Origin: an uncultured Planctomycetales bacterium
Lineage (GTDB): Bacteria; Omnitrophota; Gorgyraeia; Zapsychrales; GWA2-47-8
Length of the DNA: 45,171 nucleotides
NCBI GenBank assembly: GCA_964359575.1
Contig: CAYHTV010000003.1
Coordinates: 1-45,171, forward strand
Direction: 5' to 3'
A program made the translations under genes and the position numbers. The notes beneath the pieces were generated by a model. That model had not been told where the DNA came from. It saw only the letters and a list, made by a program, of their open reading frames with translations, and made no database searches. Below are positions 10,396-19,341 of this stretch, one piece after another. The stretch's first letter is position 1; every line of letters begins with the position of its first letter.

Positions 10396-11409
10396 ATGAA
10401 AGAATTTATACAAAAAATAAGATGTAAACAGAATTTGGATTCGCATGAAATTCGTAATGTCATGCAATGTATTATGTCAGGCTTGGCCGAGAAGGGGGAC
10501 GTCGCCGATTTTCTACTCGCCCTCAATGACAAAGGCGCGACGGTTGAAGAAATAACCGGCGCGGCCAAGATCCTGCGGGCTTTTTGTCTGGCGGTTAAGA
10601 CGGAGCATGAAGTGGTATTGGATACCTGCGGCACCGGCGGGGATCAGTTAAATACGTTCAACATATCGACGGCAACTGCTTTGGTCGTCGCGGGAACTGG
10701 GGTCATTGTTGCTAAACATGGGAATCGTTCTGCTTCCAGCCAGTGTGGCAGCGCGGATGTCTTGGAAGCTCTAGGAGTGAATCTCAATATTGAAGAAGAA
10801 CATGTGAGCGAATGCCTTGATAAGGTGGGTATTGCTTTTTTATTCGCGCAGCGACTGCATCCTGCCATGAAGAATGTAGCCAGCGTACGAAAGGAGCTGG
10901 GAGTAAAAACGATTTTTAATATCTTAGGGCCGCTTACTAATCCGGCTCAAGCGACCCATCAGGTCATGGGCGTGTACAGCCGGGATCTGGTAGAACCGAT
11001 GGCGTATGTTTTAAAAAATCTCGGCCTCAAACGCGCCCTCGTTGTACACGGCAGTGACGGCCTGGATGAAATCACGGTGACGGGAAAAACCTTTGTGAGC
11101 GAATTCGACGGCCGTGATGTGATTTCCTATGACATCGACCCGCATGAGCTGGGGATAAAAAAATATTCGATTGCCGATATACGGGGCGGTGACTTAGCAG
11201 CCAATGTTAAGATCATCAATCAGGTCTTCGATGGGATGGCCGGCGCCCATCGCGATATCGTGATTCTCAACGCCGCTTATGCCCTGTACACGGCTCAGAA
11301 GGTGGATACGATTAGCAAAGGAATCCATCTGGCGGAAAAGTCCATTGATTCGGGCCAGGCCGGTGAAAAGTTAGAGCAATTGAAAAAATACACCAATCAT
11401 GTCCGATAA
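10396..11409 (+). CDS. trpD: Anthranilate phosphoribosyltransferase
   Basis: DTCGTGGD, FNIST, KHGNRS, GSADVLEALG, GLDE. Confidence 0.96.
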   Translation: MKEFIQKIRCKQNLDSHEIRNVMQCIMSGLAEKGDVADFLLALNDKGATVEEITGAAKILRAFCLAVKTEHEVVLDTCGTGGDQLNTFNISTATALVVAGTGVIVAKHGNRSASSQCGSADVLEALGVNLNIEEEHVSECLDKVGIAFLFAQRLHPAMKNVASVRKELGVKTIFNILGPLTNPAQATHQVMGVYSRDLVEPMAYVLKNLGLKRALVVHGSDGLDEITVTGKTFVSEFDGRDVISYDIDPHELGIKKYSIADIRGGDLAANVKIINQVFDGMAGAHRDIVILNAAYALYTAQKVDTISKGIHLAEKSIDSGQAGEKLEQLKKYTNHVR

Positions 11410-12193
11410 TTTCCTAGAAAAAATTTTAAGGCATAAACGCCAGCAAAATGAAAAAAAGGCGCAATATTACGAAACATTAAAGAAGAAAATTCAGGGAGAA
11501 GAATTCCGCCGCTATCATTTATTCAAAAATGCCATCTCCGTGCCGGGCCGCATCAATCTCATCGCCGAAATCAAAAAGGCCTCACCATCTGGCGGCCTCT
11601 TACGCGAAGATTTTGAAATTTTGAAACTGGCTAAAATTTATGTTGACCAAGGCGCAGCGGCGCTTTCCATCTTGACGGAAGAAAAATATTTTTTAGGCAA
11701 GCCCATGTATGTCATCCGCGTGAGCGAAAATTATGGCATCCCGATTCTTACCAAAGATTTTATCCTTCACGAGGGGCAGATCTATGAAACATTTTCCTGC
11801 GGCAGCAGCGCGGTGCTGCTGATTGCGGCGGTTTTAAGCGATGCGGAATTAAAGCATTTGTTGGATATCGCGCATCATCTGGATTTAGACTGTCTGGTAG
11901 AGGTCCATGATGAAAAGGAATTGGATCGGGCACTGAAAGCGGGTGCCGAAATTATCGGTATTAATAACCGCGACCTGCGGACGTTTCATGTTGATTTCAA
12001 CGTGTGCGAACGGATCATCCCTAAAGTACCCAAGGGAAAAATCATCGTAGCGGAAAGCGGTATCAAAACGCACGCGGAGGTTAACATTTTAAAGGATTTA
12101 GGAGCCCACGCGGTTTTGATCGGTGAGACGTTTATGCGCTCCGCCAATATGGAAAAAAAAATTAAGGAAGTGATGCATGGCCAAATTTGTTAA
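11399..12193 (+). CDS. trpC: Indole-3-glycerol phosphate synthase
   Basis: IAEIKKASPS, SILTE, KDFI, GINNRDL, AESGI. Confidence 0.96.
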   Translation: MSDNFLEKILRHKRQQNEKKAQYYETLKKKIQGEEFRRYHLFKNAISVPGRINLIAEIKKASPSGGLLREDFEILKLAKIYVDQGAAALSILTEEKYFLGKPMYVIRVSENYGIPILTKDFILHEGQIYETFSCGSSAVLLIAAVLSDAELKHLLDIAHHLDLDCLVEVHDEKELDRALKAGAEIIGINNRDLRTFHVDFNVCERIIPKVPKGKIIVAESGIKTHAEVNILKDLGAHAVLIGETFMRSANMEKKIKEVMHGQIC

Positions 12194-12800
12194 AGTCAAA
12201 GTATGCGGTATCACAAATCGCGATGACGCATACTTAGCAGCGGAATTGGGGGCGTGGGCGATCGGGTTTGTCTTTTATAAGGAAAGCCCCCGATACATTT
12301 CTCCTTCTAAGGCAAAAAAAATTATTGAGGAGCTGCCGCCTTTTATTGCGCCCGTTGGGGTTTTTGTCAACCATCGGGAGGGGGCGGTCAAAGATATTGT
12401 CAATTTTTGCGGAATCCACACAATACAATTTCACGGAGACGAAATGCCGATGTATTGTCAGCGTTTTAAAAGTTATCAGGTGATTAAGGCTTTTCGAGTT
12501 TCTGAGGCTTTTGAGTTCACTGTTTTGAATAAGTACAATGTCTCGGCGTTTCTTTTTGATACTTATCAGGAAAATTCGTACGGCGGGACAGGAAAGATTT
12601 TTAATTGGAACTTATTGAAGGAAATGAAGTTTAAAAAGCCGTTGATTTTGTCCGGCGGGCTAAATCCGCAGAATGTTAGCCAGGCCATTGCGGCATGCCA
12701 TCCTTATGCCGTGGATGTTTCCAGCGGGGTTGAAAAGTCTCCCGGCAAAAAGGATGGGCATTTCTTGAAAGAATTCTTTGGACAAATCCGGGCGGTTTAG
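12177..12800 (+). CDS. trpF: Phosphoribosylanthranilate isomerase
   Basis: VKVCGIT, QFHGDE, GGTG, LSGGL, VDVSSGVE. Confidence 0.96.
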   Translation: MAKFVKVKVCGITNRDDAYLAAELGAWAIGFVFYKESPRYISPSKAKKIIEELPPFIAPVGVFVNHREGAVKDIVNFCGIHTIQFHGDEMPMYCQRFKSYQVIKAFRVSEAFEFTVLNKYNVSAFLFDTYQENSYGGTGKIFNWNLLKEMKFKKPLILSGGLNPQNVSQAIAACHPYAVDVSSGVEKSPGKKDGHFLKEFFGQIRAV

Positions 12801-12810
12801 TTTATCCCGT

Positions 12811-12913
12811 TATTGACCTTTGTAGAACCAAAAGAATTGAGGTAGTCAATATTGGCCTTTGTCTCCTCAATGATAAATCCAAATTTTTTTCTTTAGTTGT
12901 ACAAAGGCCCATA
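12811..12913 (+). mobile_element. Element A copy
   Basis: Matches the 6256-6358 copy; TA at both ends; 10 nt after the trpF stop. Confidence 0.85.
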
Positions 12914-12987
12914 GAGAGCGCAGTTTTCTAACAGGATTTATAGCTTGGCTAAGCGCGTTATAGGCCATTAGCGTGAAGGAGGGACCT

Positions 12988-13407
12988 ATGCTGGAAATGA
13001 CTGTCGAAAATATCATGTGTGATCATCCCATTAAGGTGAAAGATAATATCCGGGTGGGAAGTGTCGCGCATTTGCTTTTGCGGCATCAGATCAATGGGAT
13101 TTTGGTCGTGCGGGAAGATGATGAAAATCAACTGGTTGGAATCTTAACGACGACGGATCTGCTGCGGCTGATTAGCGAGGCGCTCTCAAAGCGCCGGCAG
13201 AGGATCAATGCCCTGAAGCGAGTGGCCGAACTGAAGGTCGGGCAAGTCGCTACGCGAAAGGTTATTTCACTTTCTAAAAATGATACGATTATGAAGGCCC
13301 TGGCTCTGATGCATCGAAAAAATGTGCACACGATTCCAGTATATAGCAAGAAAAAACTTGTTGGGGTTATTGGAAAACACGATATTTTGAACATGGCGCT
13401 TATTTAA
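12988..13407 (+). CDS. CBS-domain pair protein
   Basis: Two CBS repeats (LVGILTTTDL, LVGVIGKHDI); ATG 12988 follows SD aaggagg. Confidence 0.85.
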   Translation: MLEMTVENIMCDHPIKVKDNIRVGSVAHLLLRHQINGILVVREDDENQLVGILTTTDLLRLISEALSKRRQRINALKRVAELKVGQVATRKVISLSKNDTIMKALALMHRKNVHTIPVYSKKKLVGVIGKHDILNMALI

Positions 13408-13444
13408 AATTGCCGTTTTAACATTTCTGTTAAATTTTTTTTCA

Positions 13445-13537
13445 CAGCATAGGAAAGTATAAAACTTTCCTAGCTGCTAAAAAATCCTCTTCTATGCAGC
13501 AAAGAAGTTGCGACGAACGAAGTGAGGAGTTTTCTTG
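13445..13537 (+). mobile_element. Element B, 93-bp structured repeat
   Basis: cagcataggaaagtataaaactttcctagctg...gaggagttttcttg; 3 substitutions relative to the 15082 and 26578 copies. Confidence 0.8.
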
Positions 13538-13541
13538 AGTT

Positions 13542-14027
13542 ATGCCGATGGGAAACATGAAAAATAATCCAGAAAAGCGTAAATATGCGCGGTATGGTTC
13601 TAAAATGCCGATCATCTGCCGGGTCATTTATGATTTTAAAACGCAGATCAAATATCAGATTGTCGTGGATGGCCAGGAAAGAATTTTATCCGAAAAATAC
13701 GACGGGGTTAGCAAAGATGTCAGTGTGGAGGGTTTTAGTTTTTTTTCATCGCAGCGGCTCAGTAAAGGAGATGTTATCCGCATTGAGGTGTATGTCCCTA
13801 CCCAAAAAAATCCGGTGCATCTGGATGGCGAGGTGCGCTGGTCGCATCCCATGGCGGGCTTTGGTATGAGGGACCAGTATGAAACCGGTGTGCATGTCCT
13901 TAAGGTTAACGGCAAGTTGGTCGTGGATACGGTTCGGTTTGATAAGGTGCGGGGCATGCATTGGAGTGAGGTGCTGGATGCTGTTTTAAAACACTTTCTC
14001 GATCAGGATAAAGAGGATAAAGGGTAA
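13542..14027 (+). CDS. PilZ-domain protein (c-di-GMP receptor); start may be 13557
   Basis: RKYAR (RxxxR) and DVSVEG (DxSxxG) motifs, GEVRW. Confidence 0.8.
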   Translation: MPMGNMKNNPEKRKYARYGSKMPIICRVIYDFKTQIKYQIVVDGQERILSEKYDGVSKDVSVEGFSFFSSQRLSKGDVIRIEVYVPTQKNPVHLDGEVRWSHPMAGFGMRDQYETGVHVLKVNGKLVVDTVRFDKVRGMHWSEVLDAVLKHFLDQDKEDKG

Positions 14028-14176
14028 GGTGAAAGTGTGAATAAGTTTTATCCCTCGCTTCATTAAATTTGCAATATCCAGATTCTATTTCAATACTAGA
14101 AAGGCGAGGGATAATACCGCGTTTTTCTAAATGTAATATTGCAGATTTTTTGAAACGCGGTATAGGAGGAATCATT

Positions 14177-14818
14177 ATGGAAAATCTGACACTGGTCATT
14201 GGCAATAAAAATTATTCTTCCTGGTCAATGCGGCCGTGGGTTTTGCTGAAACATTTTAAAATTCCTTTTGATGAAGTTTTCATTCCCTTAGGGATGCCGG
14301 AAAGCAAACAAAATATTCTAAAGCATTCTCCTTCGGGCAAAGTCCCGGTCATTAAACATGGCAGGCTTATGGTTTGGGAAAGCCTCGCGATTGCCGAATA
14401 TCTGGCGGAAATTTTTCCGAAGAAAAATTTGTGGCCGAAGGATAAACCAGCGAGGGCCGTGGCCCGGGCGGTGAGCTCAGAGATGCACGCGGGATTCATC
14501 CATCTGCGTAAGGCCTGCCCGATGAATGTCAGAGCCCATAAACCTCTGGCAGAATTAACCCCTGAGATGCAAAAGGATACGGCGCGTATCAGTGCCTTAT
14601 GGGGGGATTGCCGTAAGCGTTTTGGCAAAGGCGGGGACTTTTTATTCGGAAAATTTTCCATCGCAGATGCGATGTACGCGCCCGTGATTTGGCGGTTTAA
14701 CACTTATGGGATTTCGGTTTCAGGCGCTGCCAAAAAATATTTTGCAACCATGCTTTATCTGCCCGCCATGCAGGAATGGCAGAAGGCGGCGCAAGAAGAA
14801 CCGCAGGTCATGGATTAA
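14177..14818 (+). CDS. Glutathione S-transferase family protein
   Basis: GNKNYSSWSMRPW, SPSGKVP, WESLAIAEYL, FSIADAMYAP; ATG 14177 after SD aggagg. Confidence 0.92.
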   Translation: MENLTLVIGNKNYSSWSMRPWVLLKHFKIPFDEVFIPLGMPESKQNILKHSPSGKVPVIKHGRLMVWESLAIAEYLAEIFPKKNLWPKDKPARAVARAVSSEMHAGFIHLRKACPMNVRAHKPLAELTPEMQKDTARISALWGDCRKRFGKGGDFLFGKFSIADAMYAPVIWRFNTYGISVSGAAKKYFATMLYLPAMQEWQKAAQEEPQVMD

Positions 14819-14826
14819 TATTGAAA

Positions 14827-14907
14827 AAAACTTAAAATTCAAAACTCAAAAGTCAGAAGGGAATGAATATTTCAGTTTTTACTTTTGAGTTTTGCCCTTT
14901 AACTTTT
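14827..14907. repeat. Periodic AT-rich inverted repeat, family C
   Basis: aaaacttaaaattcaaaactcaaaagt / acttttgagttttgccctttaactttt; ends immediately before ATG 14908. Confidence 0.75.
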
Positions 14908-15846
14908 ATGTCTGCCCAAGAATATTTAGCCCGCATGAAAACGATCCTTTGCGAAGGGGGAAAGGCTGCCCTTGGACTCATTGACAATAGCCGGCCCACG
15001 CTTAAAAAGGACGGCTCCGTGGTGACGCTGGCGGATGAGAAAGTTTCTCAGCTGGCGCACACTATTTTGCAAGATTTTTTACAGCATAGGAAAGTATAAA
15101 ACTTTCCTAGCTGCTAAAAACTCCTCTCCTATGCAGCAAAGAAGTTACGACGAACGAAGTGAGGAGTTTTCTTGAAAACGTCGCAGCATATTCTTATCGA
15201 TGAGGAGGATCCTGCTGGACATCGATATTTGGATCAGGCGATTTTGGAAAAGGTTCCTTTTATTTGGACGATCGATCCGATTGACGGCACCCGCAATTAT
15301 GTGAATCGTATGCCCAATTTTGGCATTTCGGTTGGGCTTATGAGGGATTTAAGGCCTTGGGTTGGGGCGGTGTATTTTCCGGCGCTGAAGGAGTTATTTT
15401 TTTGTGATGGCGTGGAAGCGTACTTTGTGCAAAATGCTTTTACCTTCGATGAGCGGCTGACCAGAATCCGTCCCCTGGACCAGCGGATCACGAACCAATC
15501 GATTTTTTTGTGCATCGACAATTTTGCAAAAAAATTTCAATGGGATTACCAAGATTGTCATTTGATGACGCAGGCCTGCGCGGCCGTGGACTTGTGCTGG
15601 CCGACGATTGGACGCGGGTGCGGGGCCTTTTTTAAATCATCGCTGTGGGATTTTGTGGGGCCGTGGCCGATCGTCTTGGCGGCTGGTTTGAATTTTCGTT
15701 CCCTTGCGTCCGGTAAAATATTAGACCGTATCCAAGTGGATTTATTTTTGGAAGAGCACACGCCTTGGAAATTGCGCGAGCCGTATATTCTTTCGTCCGA
15801 GCGTAATTTTTCTATTCTTAAAAGTAAAATTCGGACTCTTTATTGA
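14908..15846 (+). pseudogene. Inositol monophosphatase-family gene interrupted in frame by element B (pieces 14908-15099 and 15172-15846)
   Basis: N part KKDGSVVTLAD; C part LIDEE, WTIDPIDGT, LWD; both in the same frame; removing 15082-15174 gives ...QDFL-KTSQHILIDEE... Confidence 0.8.
15082..15174 (+). mobile_element. Element B copy inside the IMPase gene
   Basis: Identical to the 26578-26670 copy. Confidence 0.85.
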
Positions 15847-15943
15847 CCTTTGTAGAACCAAAAGAATTGAAGTAGTCAATATTGGCCTTTGTCTCCTCAA
15901 TGATAAATTCAAATTTTTTTCTTTAGTTGTACAAAGGCCCATA
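15841..15943 (+). mobile_element. Element A copy inserted in the IMPase stop codon
   Basis: 2 substitutions relative to the 6256 copy; reconstructed empty site reads act ctt TAA. Confidence 0.85.
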
Positions 15944-16054
15944 AGTAGGATCGCTGGCTGGTTTGCCCCTTGACAGATCGTAAAATATCGATTACACATA
16001 TAGAGAATTTTTACAGCAGTTTGAAACCTTTATTTGAAGAAAGGATGGAGTCAC

Positions 16055-16624
16055 GTGAAAAGTAATCATTTTTCAAAAATTTCAAAAATTTTTTTGATTG
16101 TCGTCATTATGATCGCCTGTGACAGATTTGCTGGGGCTAATACTCCGTATCAGAACGCCATTTTGGAAATGCAGCTGCGGGATTTTACGATGTTTCACAA
16201 CGAGTTTCCTAAAGGAATGTGGGACAATAACGCAAATGCCAGGATGTCGGCTGCTGAATTTCGCCAGATGCAGCAGCTTGCACGACAATTGAGTCAGGAA
16301 AATCATAGCCTTCAACAGGCCTTAACCGAGCGGCAAGCGGATCAAGCCAGTATGCTCGATAGCATCAAAAAGGCAGAAGAAGAAAAGCAACAGCTGCAAG
16401 CCGCGCAGCAGAAAATTCAGGATGAATATTCGCAGATGGAATCATCCTTAAGCCAGCAGCTGGCGGAAAATAAACGGTTGCAGGATGAGCTTACCCAAAG
16501 CCAGGAGGGATTTAATCAAAAATTGCTGGATTTTTATAAGGAGGAAGAGATACGCTTAACTCAGCGGATTGAGGAAATTAGGAAAAAACAGGAAGAGTTA
16601 AATAGTGCATCGGGAAATTTGTAG
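16055..16624 (+). CDS. Exported coiled-coil hypothetical protein
   Basis: N-terminal hydrophobic segment, long Q/E/K heptad region; GTG start after ggag. Confidence 0.7.
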   Translation: MKSNHFSKISKIFLIVVIMIACDRFAGANTPYQNAILEMQLRDFTMFHNEFPKGMWDNNANARMSAAEFRQMQQLARQLSQENHSLQQALTERQADQASMLDSIKKAEEEKQQLQAAQQKIQDEYSQMESSLSQQLAENKRLQDELTQSQEGFNQKLLDFYKEEEIRLTQRIEEIRKKQEELNSASGNL

Positions 16625-16743
16625 ACGCTATTGCCCCAAAATTTTGAAACCTCCCAAATCCCCCAAAACCACAATAACAAAATTGTCAACGCGGGATTAT
16701 AATGATACAATGAAGCCACAATTGGATTGGTTAAAGGACGGTC

Positions 16744-17355
16744 ATGATGAATAAAAAATTTTTTATGTTTGGCATTGCGATTTTTACCGGATTCCTTATG
16801 GGTTGTTCCACAACGAAGGTGGAGCGTCTTAAAGTCGAAGAGGTCGTGGATCTCAGCGGGCGCTGGAATGATACGGATGCGCAGATGGTCTCAAGGGAGA
16901 TGATTGGGAATTGTTTGGTTGCCGCCTGGCTGGATAGTTTTGTCAAGCAAACCGGCCGGGAACCCGTGGTTATTGTGGGAACCATTGAGAATAATAGCAG
17001 CGAGCATATCAATTCCGCAGTTTTTATTAAAAGTTTGGAGCGGGACATGATCAATTCCGGGAAAGTAAAATTTGTCGCCTCCAAACCCGAGCGCCCCGAA
17101 GTCCGTGACGAGCGTAAAAGTCAGAACGAGGAAGGCTATAGCGATCCCGCAACAATCAAGCCTCCGCGTAAAGAGGTGGGTGCGGATTTTATGCTGCGGG
17201 GCAGTATTAATACGGTGACCGACAATGCCAGCGGAAAATATGTTATCCTTTATCAAGTAAACTTGGAGCTGGTGGATTTGACCACGAATGAAGTTAAGTG
17301 GCTTGAGCAAACCGAGCTTAAAAAACTCGTCAAGAAATCCAAATATTCTCTTTAA
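16744..17355 (+). CDS. LpoB-like (PBP activator/CsgG-like) lipoprotein
   Basis: Lipobox LMGC, DLSGRWNDTD, ENNSSEHI, GADFMLRGSI, YQVNLELVD. Confidence 0.75.
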   Translation: MMNKKFFMFGIAIFTGFLMGCSTTKVERLKVEEVVDLSGRWNDTDAQMVSREMIGNCLVAAWLDSFVKQTGREPVVIVGTIENNSSEHINSAVFIKSLERDMINSGKVKFVASKPERPEVRDERKSQNEEGYSDPATIKPPRKEVGADFMLRGSINTVTDNASGKYVILYQVNLELVDLTTNEVKWLEQTELKKLVKKSKYSL

Positions 17356-17387
17356 AAGTTAATCCTATCCGATCATATCTCACCTTC

Positions 17388-18761
17388 ATGGGAAAAAGAA
17401 TATTTCTTCTGACCTGCCTTATTCTTCTTCCGGCCTGTGTCTTCTCATCTTCGCAGTCTCCAATATCCGCTAAAAAAGATATCTATTTCAACCAGGCCCA
17501 GGTGAATGCCTTAGTGGCAGCGGGCCGTTTTGAACAAGCCAGCCAATTATTTTATACCCACCAGTCCATGTATGGCTCTAAGAACGAATTGCTCTATTTA
17601 TTAGATCGCGCCTATGTTTTGCAGCTGGCTAAAAAATATGATGAGAGCAGCCGTTATTTTGAACAGGCAAAAAATACAATTGATCAGCTTTACACGAAAT
17701 CGGTCAGCAATATGGCTTCCACTTGGATGGTCAATGATAATCTTGCCCCTTATCGCGCCGAGGCCTTTGAGCAGATTCTCGTCAATGTGCTGCAGGGTTT
17801 AAATTATTTGGCCCGCGAAAATATTTTAGAGGCGCTGGTTGAGGCACGGGATGGAGATCAGAAGCTTTCTCTGCTTTGCGATTTATACTGCCATGAAAAA
17901 AATATTTACAGCGAGGACGGTTTTGCGCGCTTCATTTTCGGATTGATGTATGAAAGCAAAAATAACCGGCAGGATATTAATGACGCGGTTATTTCTTATA
18001 AAAAAGCCCTGCGGGCTTATGAGAATGATTTTTACAGAACGGCATCTCGGGGTGCGCCGCAAATCCTTAAAGAAAATTTATTAGCGGCAAGCCAGTATTT
18101 GGGGCAGGCTGACTTTCAAAATTATCAAAAAAATTTTTGGGGCGCTCCGTTTTCGCCGCTTCAGGAAAAAATGCGAAAAGCGGAAATTTACATCATTCAT
18201 TTCAATGGGCTTTCACCCGTTAAACATGCCACGACTATTGTTGTGCCATTATTATCGGGAATGACGCAGATGGCCTTCCCGCAGTATGCCCCGCGGTATT
18301 ATGAAATTCAATCGTCGGAATTTATAGCCGTTAAATCCGACGGCCAAAAATTTTCCGCCATCACCGAGGTTGGAGCGGATTTGGAAAAAATTGCCCAGCA
18401 GAGCTTGGATGGGCGCAAGGCTTGGTTATACGCCAAGGCGGCTCTGCGGCCTTTAGGGAAGTATACGGCTGAGTCGCACGTGGCGCAAAGGGTTGAGAAA
18501 CGACACGGTGAGTTGGCTGGCTGGGCGATCAAAGGTGTCAGCAGTTTGTATAATCTTTACTCTGAACAGGCCGATGTGCGCAGTTGGCAGACTTTGCCGG
18601 CACAGATCCGCATTGCCCGGGTGATTGTTGAGCCAGGGCAATACCACATCCGATTGACGTGTTTCAATTCCGGAAGACAAATGTTAGAGGAAGTGGATTT
18701 AGGCGGTGTCGTTGTGAATACTGGTCAAAAAAAATTTATTTTAGTACGAACGGTAAAATAG
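17388..18761 (+). CDS. COG3014-like TPR-containing lipoprotein
   Basis: Lipobox LPAC, ALVEAR, ADVRSWQTLP motif; typical neighbour of LpoB-like genes. Confidence 0.7.
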   Translation: MGKRIFLLTCLILLPACVFSSSQSPISAKKDIYFNQAQVNALVAAGRFEQASQLFYTHQSMYGSKNELLYLLDRAYVLQLAKKYDESSRYFEQAKNTIDQLYTKSVSNMASTWMVNDNLAPYRAEAFEQILVNVLQGLNYLARENILEALVEARDGDQKLSLLCDLYCHEKNIYSEDGFARFIFGLMYESKNNRQDINDAVISYKKALRAYENDFYRTASRGAPQILKENLLAASQYLGQADFQNYQKNFWGAPFSPLQEKMRKAEIYIIHFNGLSPVKHATTIVVPLLSGMTQMAFPQYAPRYYEIQSSEFIAVKSDGQKFSAITEVGADLEKIAQQSLDGRKAWLYAKAALRPLGKYTAESHVAQRVEKRHGELAGWAIKGVSSLYNLYSEQADVRSWQTLPAQIRIARVIVEPGQYHIRLTCFNSGRQMLEEVDLGGVVVNTGQKKFILVRTVK

Positions 18762-18797
18762 CAGTGGTGATATACTTAACTTAAAGATTTTTTATTT

Positions 18798-18890
18798 CAG
18801 CATAGGAAAGTATAAAACTTTCCTAGCTGCTAAAAACTCCTCTCCTGTGCAGCAAAGAAGTTACGACGAACGAAGTGAGGAGTTTTCTTG
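18798..18890 (+). mobile_element. Element B copy
   Basis: 1 substitution (cctgtgc for cctatgc) relative to consensus. Confidence 0.85.
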
Positions 18891-18917
18891 AGCCAACCCA
18901 ACCATCAAAGGAGGCCT

Positions 18918-19232
18918 ATGTCATCACCCAACTATGGCTTGAAAGTTGCGGAAGATTTTCAAGAATATTTGAAAACCGGCGATGAGAATTTAATTCAACA
19001 ATATTCGGTGAAAGAGTTAAAAGTCGCTATCAGCCGCTTGTCGCCCTATTATGATAACAATAAGCTTTGGTACCGCACCTTGGAGCAGCGGATTGAGGAA
19101 CTTTCCAGCATTGAGCAACGAAAGAAGAGAAGTCACAATCGCTGGAAGGAGGTTTTGAAGGAGAAGTGGCTGGATAAAATTGTTTCTTTTCTGCTGGGAG
19201 TTTTGGGCGGCTTGGCTTTACAGACTTTTTAA
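18918..19232 (+). CDS. Hypothetical protein with C-terminal transmembrane anchor
   Basis: SD aaggagg before ATG 18918; C-terminal IVSFLLGVLGGLAL. Confidence 0.65.
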   Translation: MSSPNYGLKVAEDFQEYLKTGDENLIQQYSVKELKVAISRLSPYYDNNKLWYRTLEQRIEELSSIEQRKKRSHNRWKEVLKEKWLDKIVSFLLGVLGGLALQTF

Positions 19233-19341
19233 TGTTATTGATCCGTTTCTCAAGAACTCCTCGTTAATATTCCTGTATTTTGCTTGTTGTCGCCTCTGTG
19301 CTAAGTTAAAATATAGCCAATTCGTAATATTCCAAAAAAAT

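Noticed and set aside
15097-15162. Stop-codon readthrough or recoding to explain the split IMPase
   Set aside because: Three in-frame stops of two types (TAA, TAA, TGA) lie in the insert, and neighbouring genes use all three stops normally
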